Assembly: GCA_948465965.1 (NCBI GenBank)
Contig: CAOJYR010000005.1
Span: forward strand, 714 to 64,713
DNA from: an uncultured Mycoplasmatota bacterium
GTDB lineage: Bacteria > Bacillota_I > Bacilli_A > RF39 > UBA660
Direction: 5' to 3'
Length of the DNA: 64,000 bases
Each line of letters opens with the position of its first letter. Position 1 is the first letter of the stretch. The translations under genes and the position numbers were made by a program. Below are positions 53,263-62,365 of this stretch, in pieces. The notes beneath the pieces were generated by a model that made no database searches, was not told the origin of the DNA, and worked only from the letters and a program-made list of their open reading frames with translations.

Positions 53263-53841
53263 ATGGAGTTTGTTCATTCTTTTGTAGAGTTTTCTACATC
53301 TTTTATATCATCTGGTGGAATTCTATTTGGCTTTTTGTTAGTGCTTTTGGAATCATTAATTCCTGCCTTACCACTTGGTGTTTTTGTGGCTTTGAATGTA
53401 AATGCATTTGGCATTTTTATAGGTATTGCTATATCTTGGATGGCTACATGTTTGGGATGCTTTTTGTCTTATTCGCTTTTTTATTATTTATCTAATCGTT
53501 TTATTTATAAGTTTCTTTCTGATAGAGTTAGGAAAAGAATCGATAAGGCTATAGATAAATTTAAAAAGATTTCTTTATCTAATTTGGTGCTTTTAATTGC
53601 TCTTCCTTTTACACCAGCTTTTCTTATTAATATCGTTTGTGGTGTTGCTTCTATTTCTAGAGAAAAATTTTTAACAGCGATTATGATTGGTAAAGTGTTT
53701 ATGATTTTATTTTGGGGATATGTTGGGAAAAGTTTAATAGAAAGTATTACTGATATTAATACAATTATTATTGTCTCTGTTATGTTAGTGGTAGCGTATT
53801 TAATATCAAAATTAGTTAGTAAAAAGATGAATATAGAGTAG
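53263..53841 (+). CDS. DedA / TVP38-TMEM64 (SNARE-associated) family membrane protein
   Basis: 192 aa, polytopic, with LLESLIPALPLG...GCFLSYSLFYYLSNRFI. Confidence 0.6.
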   Translation: MEFVHSFVEFSTSFISSGGILFGFLLVLLESLIPALPLGVFVALNVNAFGIFIGIAISWMATCLGCFLSYSLFYYLSNRFIYKFLSDRVRKRIDKAIDKFKKISLSNLVLLIALPFTPAFLINIVCGVASISREKFLTAIMIGKVFMILFWGYVGKSLIESITDINTIIIVSVMLVVAYLISKLVSKKMNIE

Positions 53842-53850
53842 AGGTGTTGT

Positions 53851-54924
53851 ATGGATTATGTTATTTTGGGGTTATTAATTGTTATTTTAATATTAGTAGT
53901 TCTTTCTTTATTTAAGAATATAAATGAAAGTAATATTACAGAGAGACTTGGTAGACTAGAAGTGAATATGATTAAGGAGCTGGGGGAATTTAAAGATAGT
54001 TTATCACAAAATTTGAATAATGATTTTAATAAATTGAATGAGCAAGTAGAAAAAAGACTTATGGCTATTAATGATAAAGTAAATGAACGACTTGATCAAA
54101 ATTTTGAGAAAACAAACAAAACATTTATGAGTGTAATTGAGCGCCTTTCTAAGATAGATGAGGCACAAAAGAAGATTGAAACTTTGTCTAGTGATATTGT
54201 TAGTTTGCAAAGTATTTTAACTGATAAGAAAACTCGTGGTATTTTTGGAGAAGTTAATTTAAAACATATTTTGAGTAGTGTATTTGGAGAGAAAAATGAT
54301 AATATATATCGCTTACAATATACTTTAAGTACTGGGGTTATTGCAGATAGTGTTGTTTTTGCACCAGAACCTCTTGGGACAATTGCTATTGATTCTAAGT
54401 TTCCTTTGGAACATTATCAATTGATGGTAGATAAGAATTTATCACAGGAAAAACGTAGTATGGCGGAAAAGTTGTTTAAACAAGATATGAAAAAACATAT
54501 AGATGCTATCAGTAATAAATATATTATTCCTGGAGAAACTACTGATCAGGCTATTTTATTTTTACCAGCTGAGGCTATTTTTGCAGAAGTTAATGCATAT
54601 CACTCTGATATCATAGAATATGCTTATAAAAGACGAGTATGGATTACTAGTCCAACTACATTAATTTCCACTCTTACTGTGATTGAAATGATTATTAAAA
54701 ATATGGAACGTGATAAATATACTTCGATTATTCATGAAGAATTAAATAAACTGGGAATTGAATTTTCTAGATATAAAGAGCGTTGGGATAAACTTGCTCG
54801 TAGTATTCAGACGGTTAATAAAGATGTTGAGAATGTTTCTATAACTGCAGATAAAATTTCTAAAAAGTTTGATACTATAAATAGGGTTGAAGTTGTAAAA
54901 TTGGAAAATAATGATGAGGTCTAG
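53851..54924 (+). CDS. rmuC: DNA recombination protein RmuC
   Basis: N-terminal TM + coiled coil, then KTRGIFGEVNLKHIL, IDSKFPLEHY, AILFLPAEAIFAEV, WITSPTTLISTL. Confidence 0.85.
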   Translation: MDYVILGLLIVILILVVLSLFKNINESNITERLGRLEVNMIKELGEFKDSLSQNLNNDFNKLNEQVEKRLMAINDKVNERLDQNFEKTNKTFMSVIERLSKIDEAQKKIETLSSDIVSLQSILTDKKTRGIFGEVNLKHILSSVFGEKNDNIYRLQYTLSTGVIADSVVFAPEPLGTIAIDSKFPLEHYQLMVDKNLSQEKRSMAEKLFKQDMKKHIDAISNKYIIPGETTDQAILFLPAEAIFAEVNAYHSDIIEYAYKRRVWITSPTTLISTLTVIEMIIKNMERDKYTSIIHEELNKLGIEFSRYKERWDKLARSIQTVNKDVENVSITADKISKKFDTINRVEVVKLENNDEV

Positions 54925-54941
54925 AAATCTAGATCTTTTTT
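54917..54941 (+). terminator. Terminator after rmuC
   Basis: AGGTCTAG-AAAT-CTAGATCT hairpin followed by TTTTT. Confidence 0.65.
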
Positions 54942-55019
54942 CTTTGTATTTTTTATTGTTGACTTTTAAATAAAAGAGCATTAATATAGGTAATTAGTAA
55001 TTATTGGTGGGTGAAAGGG

Positions 55020-55574
55020 ATGTTGGTTTATAGGGCGATAAGTGAAAAAGAATTAGAGTATTATTTAAAGGGTAAAATTGTATCAAAGAAATATAGTAGT
55101 GGAAGAAATACGCATAATTATGATCCCAATATTCGATATATTCATTTTTTTGATATGGCAGAGGCAGCACAGAAGTTTAAACAAGAAGAATTAGATGGAA
55201 GAGGATATAAAACTTATATTATTCAATGTGATTTTGATAAGGAAGTTTTAAATAAATATAAGGGGTATGGCTATTATTATTTGTATACAGAATGGCAAGA
55301 TCCATATCAAATGATTGGTTTTGTTCCTTTGTTGGAATATGCTATTCCTATATCGGAATTTAGTTTGAAAAATTTTTATGATTTATCTGTAAATGTACCA
55401 AAAGAATGGTTAAATTATGATAAATTTGTATCCTATATTCATAGTACTGATGTATGTTGTCAAGTAAAACAGTTTGTTATAGAGCATTATAATTATAGTA
55501 GTAGATTGTTAGATCAGGATGAAAATGTAAATAAATTTAAAAAATTAGTTAAAAATAATAAAATTATTGATTAG
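55020..55574 (+). CDS. Hypothetical protein
   Basis: ATG 55020 follows GGTGGGTGAAAGGG. No recognisable motif. Confidence 0.45.
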   Translation: MLVYRAISEKELEYYLKGKIVSKKYSSGRNTHNYDPNIRYIHFFDMAEAAQKFKQEELDGRGYKTYIIQCDFDKEVLNKYKGYGYYYLYTEWQDPYQMIGFVPLLEYAIPISEFSLKNFYDLSVNVPKEWLNYDKFVSYIHSTDVCCQVKQFVIEHYNYSSRLLDQDENVNKFKKLVKNNKIID

Positions 55575-55857
55575 TAGTTTTATTATTTTTTTGTATATAT
55601 TAAGAAAATATAAGTATACTAAAATTGGAAGTATCATAAAGTTTAGTATGGTGAGGAAAGTTTTAGGATTAATTGTTGGTTATATATTAATGGTTATTGG
55701 TTTTACTTATTTTTGGCTTTATTTAAACTTATTTGCTTTTGGTTTTAGTATTAGAGATTATTTTTTCTATATTTTAGGTAGATATGAGTGTTATTTTTTT
55801 ATAATTGGGTTTATTATTTTTGTGGTTTCTTTATGTAGAAAGGAGAAAAAACAATGA
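55567..55857 (+). CDS. Small polytopic membrane protein (hypothetical)
   Basis: 96 aa with three hydrophobic helices. TTG start overlaps the upstream stop; ATGA overlap downstream. Confidence 0.4.
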   Translation: MISSFIIFLYILRKYKYTKIGSIIKFSMVRKVLGLIVGYILMVIGFTYFWLYLNLFAFGFSIRDYFFYILGRYECYFFIIGFIIFVVSLCRKEKKQ

Positions 55858-56498
55858 TTTATGTTTATGATATATTACTTAATTTTAGTGATAATAAAAG
55901 ATTATTAGAGTTTTATGAGTGGAGTAAGAAGGATAATTTAGAACATATTAAAAAAATTCCTTTATTTAAGATTAGCTCTTTGGATATGGAAAATATAATT
56001 ACTAGTAATATAAAGGTTAGTAAGAGTTTTTTGGATATGATTAGTAATATGACTGTACTTTATAAAAATAAGAAAATTATTAAATATGGGGCATTATTTT
56101 GTGATTTAAATAAGGTTGTAGCGGTTGAATTTTATAAAGATGGTACTGTGATATGTAGGAGTAGTTTGCTTTTGGATGAGGAGGAAGATATCATAGATGA
56201 GGCTTCTATTCTTCCAGATTTTGATTTTAGTTATAAGGTTATTGAAAAATATGATGTTGATTTATTTTTGACTAGAAATGAGACTTTTAAGAAGAGGTAC
56301 TTATTAAAGGAGATTGAGTCTTTATTTAAAGAAAAATATTTTGATAAATTTAATTATTTATATGAAGAAGTATTTGGTAGGGATGATAAAGACATTTGTG
56401 ATCGATATAAAATAATGATAGATGATATTAATGGTCATTATGATGATAAGTATAATAACTTATATGAAATTGTTCGACTTAGTTATCAAAAAAAATAG
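55854..56498 (+). CDS. Hypothetical protein, YqhG/DUF3603-like N-terminus
   Basis: MIYVYDILLNFSD...EFYEWSKKDNLEHIKKIPLFKIS resembles the family start M-x-Y-x-x-D-V-W-V-N-W-F...EW-x-K-x-D...P-L-x-K-V (from memory). Confidence 0.4.
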   Translation: MIYVYDILLNFSDNKRLLEFYEWSKKDNLEHIKKIPLFKISSLDMENIITSNIKVSKSFLDMISNMTVLYKNKKIIKYGALFCDLNKVVAVEFYKDGTVICRSSLLLDEEEDIIDEASILPDFDFSYKVIEKYDVDLFLTRNETFKKRYLLKEIESLFKEKYFDKFNYLYEEVFGRDDKDICDRYKIMIDDINGHYDDKYNNLYEIVRLSYQKK

Positions 56499-56504
56499 GC
56501 TACA

Positions 56505-57506
56505 TTAGTAGTCTATTTTCATGGCATGTTTTACTTTATTTATTTGTTCTTTAGCTTTTGCTTGTGCTTTTGCTGTACCATTTTTTAAAATTTCATCTAC
56601 AAGATCTGGGTTTTCTTCATATTCTTTTCTTTTTTCTTTAATAGGCTTTAAAAATTCGTTCATCTTGTTAATAAGTTCTTTTTTGCAGGCTACACATCCT
56701 CGTGTTCCCATTTTACATTCAGAGCATACTGAATTTAGATTTTCTTTATTTACTAAGTTGTGGTAATAATATACCATACATATATCAGGGTTAGCCGGAT
56801 CATCTTTTTTTATTTTATTAGGATCAGTAACTGCTCCCATAACTTTTTTTCTTATTGTTTCTTCATCATCTATTAAATAAATAGCATTTCCTAAGCTTTT
56901 ACCCATTTTTTCATTACCATCTAGTCCTTTAACACGTGTTATGTTGCTTAAGACTTGTTCTGGTTCTTTTAGGACTGTTCCATAAATTGAGTTAAATTTT
57001 CTAACTATTTCGCGGCATTGTTCTAAAAGGGGTAGTTGATCATCACCAACTGGGACTAATTCTCCATCGAAGGCAGTAATGTCTGCAGCTTGAGAAACGG
57101 GGTATCCTAAGAATCCATAGGTTATACTTTCGCCATTATTTCCAAATAATTCTTTTTTTTGTGCTATTTCATTTTTTACAGTTGGATTTCGTTGTAAGCG
57201 AGCTACTGTTACTAAGTTAGAATAAAAAACAGTAAGTTCTGCAATTTCTGGAATTTTTGATTGAATAAAGAAATTAACTTTTTTTGGATCAAGTCCAATA
57301 GATAATAAATCCATAGTTATCTCTTTTACATTTTTTCTAACTTTTTCAGGATTATTAAAATTATCAGTTAAGGCCTGAACATCAGCAATCTCTAAATAAA
57401 AGTCATATTCGTTTTGCATTTTTAAATAATTTTGACATGCTCCAAAGTAATGACCTAGGTGAAGGTTTCCAGTAGGGCGTAGTCCTGTAAGAATTGTTTT
57501 TTTCAT
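56505..57506 (-). CDS. trpS: Tryptophan--tRNA ligase
   Basis: HIGH-type motif GNLHLGHY and KMSKS-type motif KMGKS. 333 aa. Confidence 0.9.
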   Translation of the reverse strand: MKKTILTGLRPTGNLHLGHYFGACQNYLKMQNEYDFYLEIADVQALTDNFNNPEKVRKNVKEITMDLLSIGLDPKKVNFFIQSKIPEIAELTVFYSNLVTVARLQRNPTVKNEIAQKKELFGNNGESITYGFLGYPVSQAADITAFDGELVPVGDDQLPLLEQCREIVRKFNSIYGTVLKEPEQVLSNITRVKGLDGNEKMGKSLGNAIYLIDDEETIRKKVMGAVTDPNKIKKDDPANPDICMVYYYHNLVNKENLNSVCSECKMGTRGCVACKKELINKMNEFLKPIKEKRKEYEENPDLVDEILKNGTAKAQAKAKEQINKVKHAMKIDY

Positions 57507-57590
57507 ATAATCACTTCCTGTAGATATTTTACCATAAATATTTAATTATGAAAAATAAATTATTTTATTAGAAGATTTTTAAGTGGAAAG

Positions 57591-58562
57591 TCAAAGATGT
57601 TCAATATTGGCGTTACATTTTAGTTTTCCTAAAGAAGTGATGTCTTTACAATCTATATCATTTATATTGGCTTTTTTTATGGTGTTATTTAAATAAGTAT
57701 TAAAATAATAGTCCCCTGTATTTAGATTCATAAAAATTGTATATTGTGTATAATTTGTACTCTTATCTTGTGTTAAAATAAGGCCCTTTGGAATGGAGAC
57801 TAGTTTCATTAATTCAAAACAGGTAATTATAGTTTCTTCTTTTGTTTCTGGTAGGTCAATAAAGTTTTTAGCAAAAGCCATTCTTACAAAGCGAGAAGGT
57901 GAGGTAAAGTCTCCTGGTAGTCCGAAAGATCCTAAACCTTGCCCAAATGGATTTAAAGTAATGCTATCCCAATTTACTGATTCTAACTGTTTTGATGAAA
58001 GATTCATGTAATTTCTTAAATTCGTTAGATGCCAATTAAATTCTGGACTGTTTGTTAAAACTCCTACTGGATTATTTATAACATGTAGACCTGATTCTGT
58101 TTGTTCAATAGAAATTGTTTTTCCGGTTTTATCTGATGCAATCCAATGTAGGGGAGCACTTGACTGGTTATCTTCTTCTATAATATGTATTGTTGGGATA
58201 ATGGTAATAATATCATTTGTATTTTCGCAATTACCTAATAGATAAGTAACAACTTCAATGTTGGCAATGGCATTTTGGTCGACTTCTGCTTTTTTGTAAG
58301 GGTTAGTATGTTCTGGGAAATATAGTGCCGCTACACCTAGACCTTTTTCATTCATTCCATCACAAAGGTAGTTTCCTTTTTCTCTTTCGGCAGTTCCAAT
58401 AAATGAATATTTATTTCTATATAATCTGGATGTAATTATACTATGCCATTCATAATTTTTAGGAATAATACATATTTCTAAGTCAAAATCGTGATAAAAA
58501 TCTAATGTACGACCTAAAAGTATTTCATTTTGTTTTGAGTTTATGGAAATAGCAGTACACAT
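57591..58562 (-). CDS. Choloylglycine hydrolase family (bile salt hydrolase / penicillin V acylase-like Ntn hydrolase)
   Basis: Starts MCTAISI (Cys2 nucleophile), followed by GRTLDF and NEKGL. Confidence 0.8.
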   Translation of the reverse strand: MCTAISINSKQNEILLGRTLDFYHDFDLEICIIPKNYEWHSIITSRLYRNKYSFIGTAEREKGNYLCDGMNEKGLGVAALYFPEHTNPYKKAEVDQNAIANIEVVTYLLGNCENTNDIITIIPTIHIIEEDNQSSAPLHWIASDKTGKTISIEQTESGLHVINNPVGVLTNSPEFNWHLTNLRNYMNLSSKQLESVNWDSITLNPFGQGLGSFGLPGDFTSPSRFVRMAFAKNFIDLPETKEETIITCFELMKLVSIPKGLILTQDKSTNYTQYTIFMNLNTGDYYFNTYLNNTIKKANINDIDCKDITSLGKLKCNANIEHL

Positions 58563-58864
58563 TATAACACTCCTTTTACTATATAATATTAAAAATATAT
58601 GTATTTTTTCATAGTTTATTAAAATTAAATGATATATTAGATAAAATGGTAATATTTTTTGTAGCGTTAGAAGCAGGGAATAATTAAGATATAAATATTT
58701 TTAGATTTGTAAGAGGTTTTAAATAGATTTAGGCTAAAATTTCCTTTTTATATTATGTTAATTGCTATCTGATTTATAAAATATAATTGGTAATAGAATG
58801 ATTTTATTAAAGTTGGGAAAGATAATAAAGAAAGTAGGCTTTCTTTCATATTTTTATTTTAAAA

Positions 58865-58894
58865 TTGACAAAATAGCGTATACTGTAGTAGAAT
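58865..58894 (+). promoter_or_regulatory. Sigma-A promoter of the T-box leader
   Basis: TTGACA-18 nt-TAGAAT. Confidence 0.6.
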
Positions 58895-58899
58895 ATAGT

Positions 58900-59156
58900 A
58901 GAAATCGATGAAGAAGAGAAGTAGGTGTTATCCCTTTTCATAGAGAGCTAAGGGTTGGTGGAACTTAGTATAATATAATACTCGAATAACACTTCTAAGT
59001 GCTTAAAGAAATTTAGTAGACTAAGCCGGTAGTATCCCGTTACAGATACTTGATTAATTGATATCAAAAAGTGATTATAGGTTTCTATAATAATTTGGGT
59101 GGTACCGCGGAACACTAGTTTTCGTCCCTTAGTTGGACTTATGCTAGTGTTTTTTG
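58900..59156 (+). promoter_or_regulatory. T-box riboswitch leader (probable Asn specifier AAC) with terminator/antiterminator
   Basis: Stem I elements: GAUGA...AGUA, AG bulge AGAGA, and distal loop GGUUGGUGGAA. Specifier context GAA-U-AAC-A-CUUC lies at 58984-58995. T-box sequence AAUUUGGGUGGUACCGCGG is at 59092-59110. Terminator AACACTAG...CTAGTGTT followed by TTTTT. Confidence 0.85.
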
Positions 59157-59174
59157 TTTATATAAAGGAGGATT

Positions 59175-59477
59175 ATGATGATAGAGAAAGAAAAGTTAAG
59201 AGATTATGCTCATAAATTAATGTTTGATATGAATGATAGTGAATATGAGACATTACAAGAAGAGTTTGATATTATTTTAAAACAGATGAATTTAATAGAA
59301 AAAATTCCTAATATTAGTGATGTTAGCCCAATGACCTTTCCTTTTCCTAATAATGATGTTAGCCTAAGAGAAGATGAAATAGGTGACTATTTAACTGTTT
59401 CTGAAGTTTTAGAAAATGCTAAACATCAAGTAAATGATCAAGTTAGGGTACCAAAGGTGGTGGATGAAGATGTATAG
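59175..59477 (+). CDS. gatC: Asp/Glu-tRNA amidotransferase subunit C
   Basis: 100 aa, RBS AAAGGAGG. Ends ...RVPKVVDEDV and is followed by gatA/gatB. Confidence 0.85.
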   Translation: MMIEKEKLRDYAHKLMFDMNDSEYETLQEEFDIILKQMNLIEKIPNISDVSPMTFPFPNNDVSLREDEIGDYLTVSEVLENAKHQVNDQVRVPKVVDEDV

Positions 59478-60933
59478 AGGAAAAAGTATTTTAGAATTAA
59501 GAGAGAGTTTAGATAATGGTAACGTTACAAGTGAAGAGTTATTTGGGAGTGCTAATAAGCTAGCACATTATTTTCAAGAGGATTATAATTCTTTTGTAAC
59601 TATTATAGATAAATGTAAAGTTAAGAGAAGTAATAGTTTAATTAGTGGTATTCCTTATGCATTAAAAGATAACTTTTCGACAACTGGTATTTTAACGACA
59701 GGATCTTCAAATATTTTAAAGGATTATGTTCCAGTATATGATGCGACTGTTTATAAAAAGTTAAAACGTGCAGGTGGAGTGTTGGTTGGTAAAACTGTAT
59801 TAGATGAACTTGCAATGGGAGGAACTGGTACTACTGGTCATACTGGAATTGTTAGAAATCCTTGGGATAAAGAAAGACAAATTGGTGGATCTAGTGCGGG
59901 AAGTGCAGCTAGTGTTGCTTTAGGAATTGTACCTTTTTCTATTGGATCTGATACGGGAGACTCTGTTAGAAAGCCTGCCTCTTTTGGAGGAATTGTCGGA
60001 TTTAAACCTACTTATGGTTTAATTTCTCGTTATGGAATGTTTGCTTTTGCATCGAGTCTTGATCATGTTGCAACACTAACTAGAAACGTGCGTGATGCTG
60101 CTATTGTTACTGATATATTAAAAGGGCAAGATCCTAAGGATATGGTTACGTTAAAAGATGATGGAAAAAAATATGTAGATACATTGGATAATGATATAAA
60201 AGGAAGAAAATTATTTTATATCAAGGAAATCTGTGATTTGGATTTATATAAAGATAGTGGAGATAGCGAATTAATAGAGGTTTTAGAAAAATTTCATGAA
60301 TTACTTGATAAGTGTCGTGAAATGGGATTTGTAGTAGAAGAAGTTTCTGTTGATAAAGATTTATTTAATGCAATCTATCCTACATATATGTGTATAAGTT
60401 GTGCTGAAGCTACTAGTAATAATGCTAATCTTACAGGAATACAATTTGGTCCTAGGGGAGAAGGTAATTCTATAGAAGAAATTATGTTTGATGCTCGTAC
60501 AAAAGGATTTTCTGAACTTATTAAGAGACGTTTTATTTTAGGTAGTTATATTTTACAAAAAGAAAATCAGGAGAAGTTATTCTTAAATGCTTGTCGTGTT
60601 CGTCATATGATCGTTGATAAAATAACTGAATTGTTTAAAGAATATGATGGTATGATTTTACCTGCTAGTGGTGGTATTGCTCCTAAGTTTGATGAGAAAG
60701 ATGAGAAGTTATCTGATAGGTATTTACTTTTAGAAAATCATTTAGCTATTGGTAACTTTGGAGGATTTCCGTCTATAACTTTACCATTTGCATTTGTTTC
60801 TGATATGCCAGTTGGTATTAATATTACTGGTGGAGTTAAATGTGATGATATTGTTTTAAATATGGCCGAAAGAATAGAAGAGTTAACTGGATATAAAGAT
60901 ATTTATGCTAAGGTAGGTGATATAGATGTATAA
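59464..60933 (+). CDS. gatA: Asp/Glu-tRNA amidotransferase subunit A
   Basis: Amidase signature GGSSAGSAASVA...GSDTGDSVRKPA. The start is ATG 59464 or 59470, after AAAGGTGGTGG; the track ORF begins earlier at 59434. Confidence 0.9.
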   Translation: MKMYRGKSILELRESLDNGNVTSEELFGSANKLAHYFQEDYNSFVTIIDKCKVKRSNSLISGIPYALKDNFSTTGILTTGSSNILKDYVPVYDATVYKKLKRAGGVLVGKTVLDELAMGGTGTTGHTGIVRNPWDKERQIGGSSAGSAASVALGIVPFSIGSDTGDSVRKPASFGGIVGFKPTYGLISRYGMFAFASSLDHVATLTRNVRDAAIVTDILKGQDPKDMVTLKDDGKKYVDTLDNDIKGRKLFYIKEICDLDLYKDSGDSELIEVLEKFHELLDKCREMGFVVEEVSVDKDLFNAIYPTYMCISCAEATSNNANLTGIQFGPRGEGNSIEEIMFDARTKGFSELIKRRFILGSYILQKENQEKLFLNACRVRHMIVDKITELFKEYDGMILPASGGIAPKFDEKDEKLSDRYLLLENHLAIGNFGGFPSITLPFAFVSDMPVGINITGGVKCDDIVLNMAERIEELTGYKDIYAKVGDIDV

Positions 60934-62365
60934 AGTTGTTATTGGACTTGAGGTTCATTGTGAACTTGAAACGAAGGCAAAAAACTTCTCATCTGCACCG
61001 AATACATTTTCTCAAATTCCAAATGAAAATGTTGCACCTGTTGATTTAGGGCTTCCTGGGATTTTACCAGTTCCTAATAAAGAGGCTTGTCGTAAAGCAC
61101 TTCTTACAGCGCAGGCTCTAAATTGTACAAATCCAGACGAAGTATTATTTGATAGAAAGAATTACTTTTATGCTGATTTACCTAAGGGTTATCAAATTAC
61201 GCAAGTGACAAAACCAATGGGTATCAATGGTTATTTAGATATAATGGTTGATGGAAAAATTAAAAGAGTCGATATTCATCAATTACATTTGGAAGAAGAT
61301 ACAGCTTCACTTGAACATCATCCAAAGTATTCTTTAATCGATTATAATAGAAGTGGAATACCATTAATTGAAATTGTTACAGAACCTTGTATTGAAAGTG
61401 CGGATGAGGCAGTTACCTTCTTAGAAGATTTGAGGGACGTATTCTTATATTTAGGAGTAAGTGAAGCGAAAAGTAACTATGGACAAATGCGATGTGATGT
61501 GAATATTTCTCTTATGGAGGAAGGCTCTGATAAACTAGGTACAAAGGTAGAGATGAAAAATATTAATGCATTTAATAATGTAAGGGCTGCAATCGAATAT
61601 GAGATAAAACGTCAAAGCGAACTTTTAGAAAGAGGCGAGAAAATTGTTCAAGAAACTCGTCGTATTGCTGAAGATGGAAAAACATATTCTATGCGTGAAA
61701 AGGTAGATGCAGTTGATTATAAATATTTTGTGGAACCTAATATTCCACCTGTTTCGTTAAGCAAAGAATATTTGGATGAATTAAGAAGTACTTTGCCAGA
61801 GTTAAAACTTAGTAGATATTTAAAATACACTCAATTAGGTATTAGTAGTGAGGATAGTGCAACTTTATCTAAGGAAAGAAGTATATCTGATTATTTTGAA
61901 GAAGTATTATCTTATGGAAGTGATGTAGAATTATCAGTTAATTTTGTAATTACTGCTATTCTTTCAACACTAAATAAGTTGGAAATATCTTTAAACGATT
62001 TATTTATTACACCTAAGATGTTAAGTGGTGTAGTGGATTTAGTTAGTAAAGGTGATATTTCTTTGGATCATGGTAAGAAGATTTTATATAAAGCGATTGA
62101 TGAAAAAATGGATCCAGTGGAATTAATTGAAAAAGAAGGTCTACATCAAATTAATGATGAAGGGGAACTTTTAAAATTGATTACTGAAATAATGGATGAA
62201 AATGGTGAGATAGTAAGACAGTATGTAGAAGATGGTAATATGTCTGCGATTAATTTCTTTATTGGTCAAACAATGAAAAGATCAAACCGTCAGGCTAATC
62301 CAAATAAATCCAAAGAAATTATTATAAGTGAATTAGAGAGGAGAAAAAATAATGCAGGAAAATAG
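60926..62365 (+). CDS. gatB: Asp/Glu-tRNA amidotransferase subunit B
   Basis: VIGLEVHCEL, YQITQ, LHLEEDTA, MRCDVNIS. Confidence 0.9.
   Translation: MYKVVIGLEVHCELETKAKNFSSAPNTFSQIPNENVAPVDLGLPGILPVPNKEACRKALLTAQALNCTNPDEVLFDRKNYFYADLPKGYQITQVTKPMGINGYLDIMVDGKIKRVDIHQLHLEEDTASLEHHPKYSLIDYNRSGIPLIEIVTEPCIESADEAVTFLEDLRDVFLYLGVSEAKSNYGQMRCDVNISLMEEGSDKLGTKVEMKNINAFNNVRAAIEYEIKRQSELLERGEKIVQETRRIAEDGKTYSMREKVDAVDYKYFVEPNIPPVSLSKEYLDELRSTLPELKLSRYLKYTQLGISSEDSATLSKERSISDYFEEVLSYGSDVELSVNFVITAILSTLNKLEISLNDLFITPKMLSGVVDLVSKGDISLDHGKKILYKAIDEKMDPVELIEKEGLHQINDEGELLKLITEIMDENGEIVRQYVEDGNMSAINFFIGQTMKRSNRQANPNKSKEIIISELERRKNNAGK

Noticed and set aside
53253-53495. 80-aa ORF overlapping the DedA/TVP38-like gene in another frame
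   Set aside because: It has a Cys/Phe/Trp-rich composition typical of an out-of-frame read of a membrane-protein gene. The 53263 frame gives a coherent 192-aa family member.
53851-54924. RmuC as part of a defence or mobile module next to the big locus
   Set aside because: This is a typical full-length RmuC with its own terminator, flanked by rhodanese and DedA housekeeping-type genes. There is no associated nuclease or methylase.
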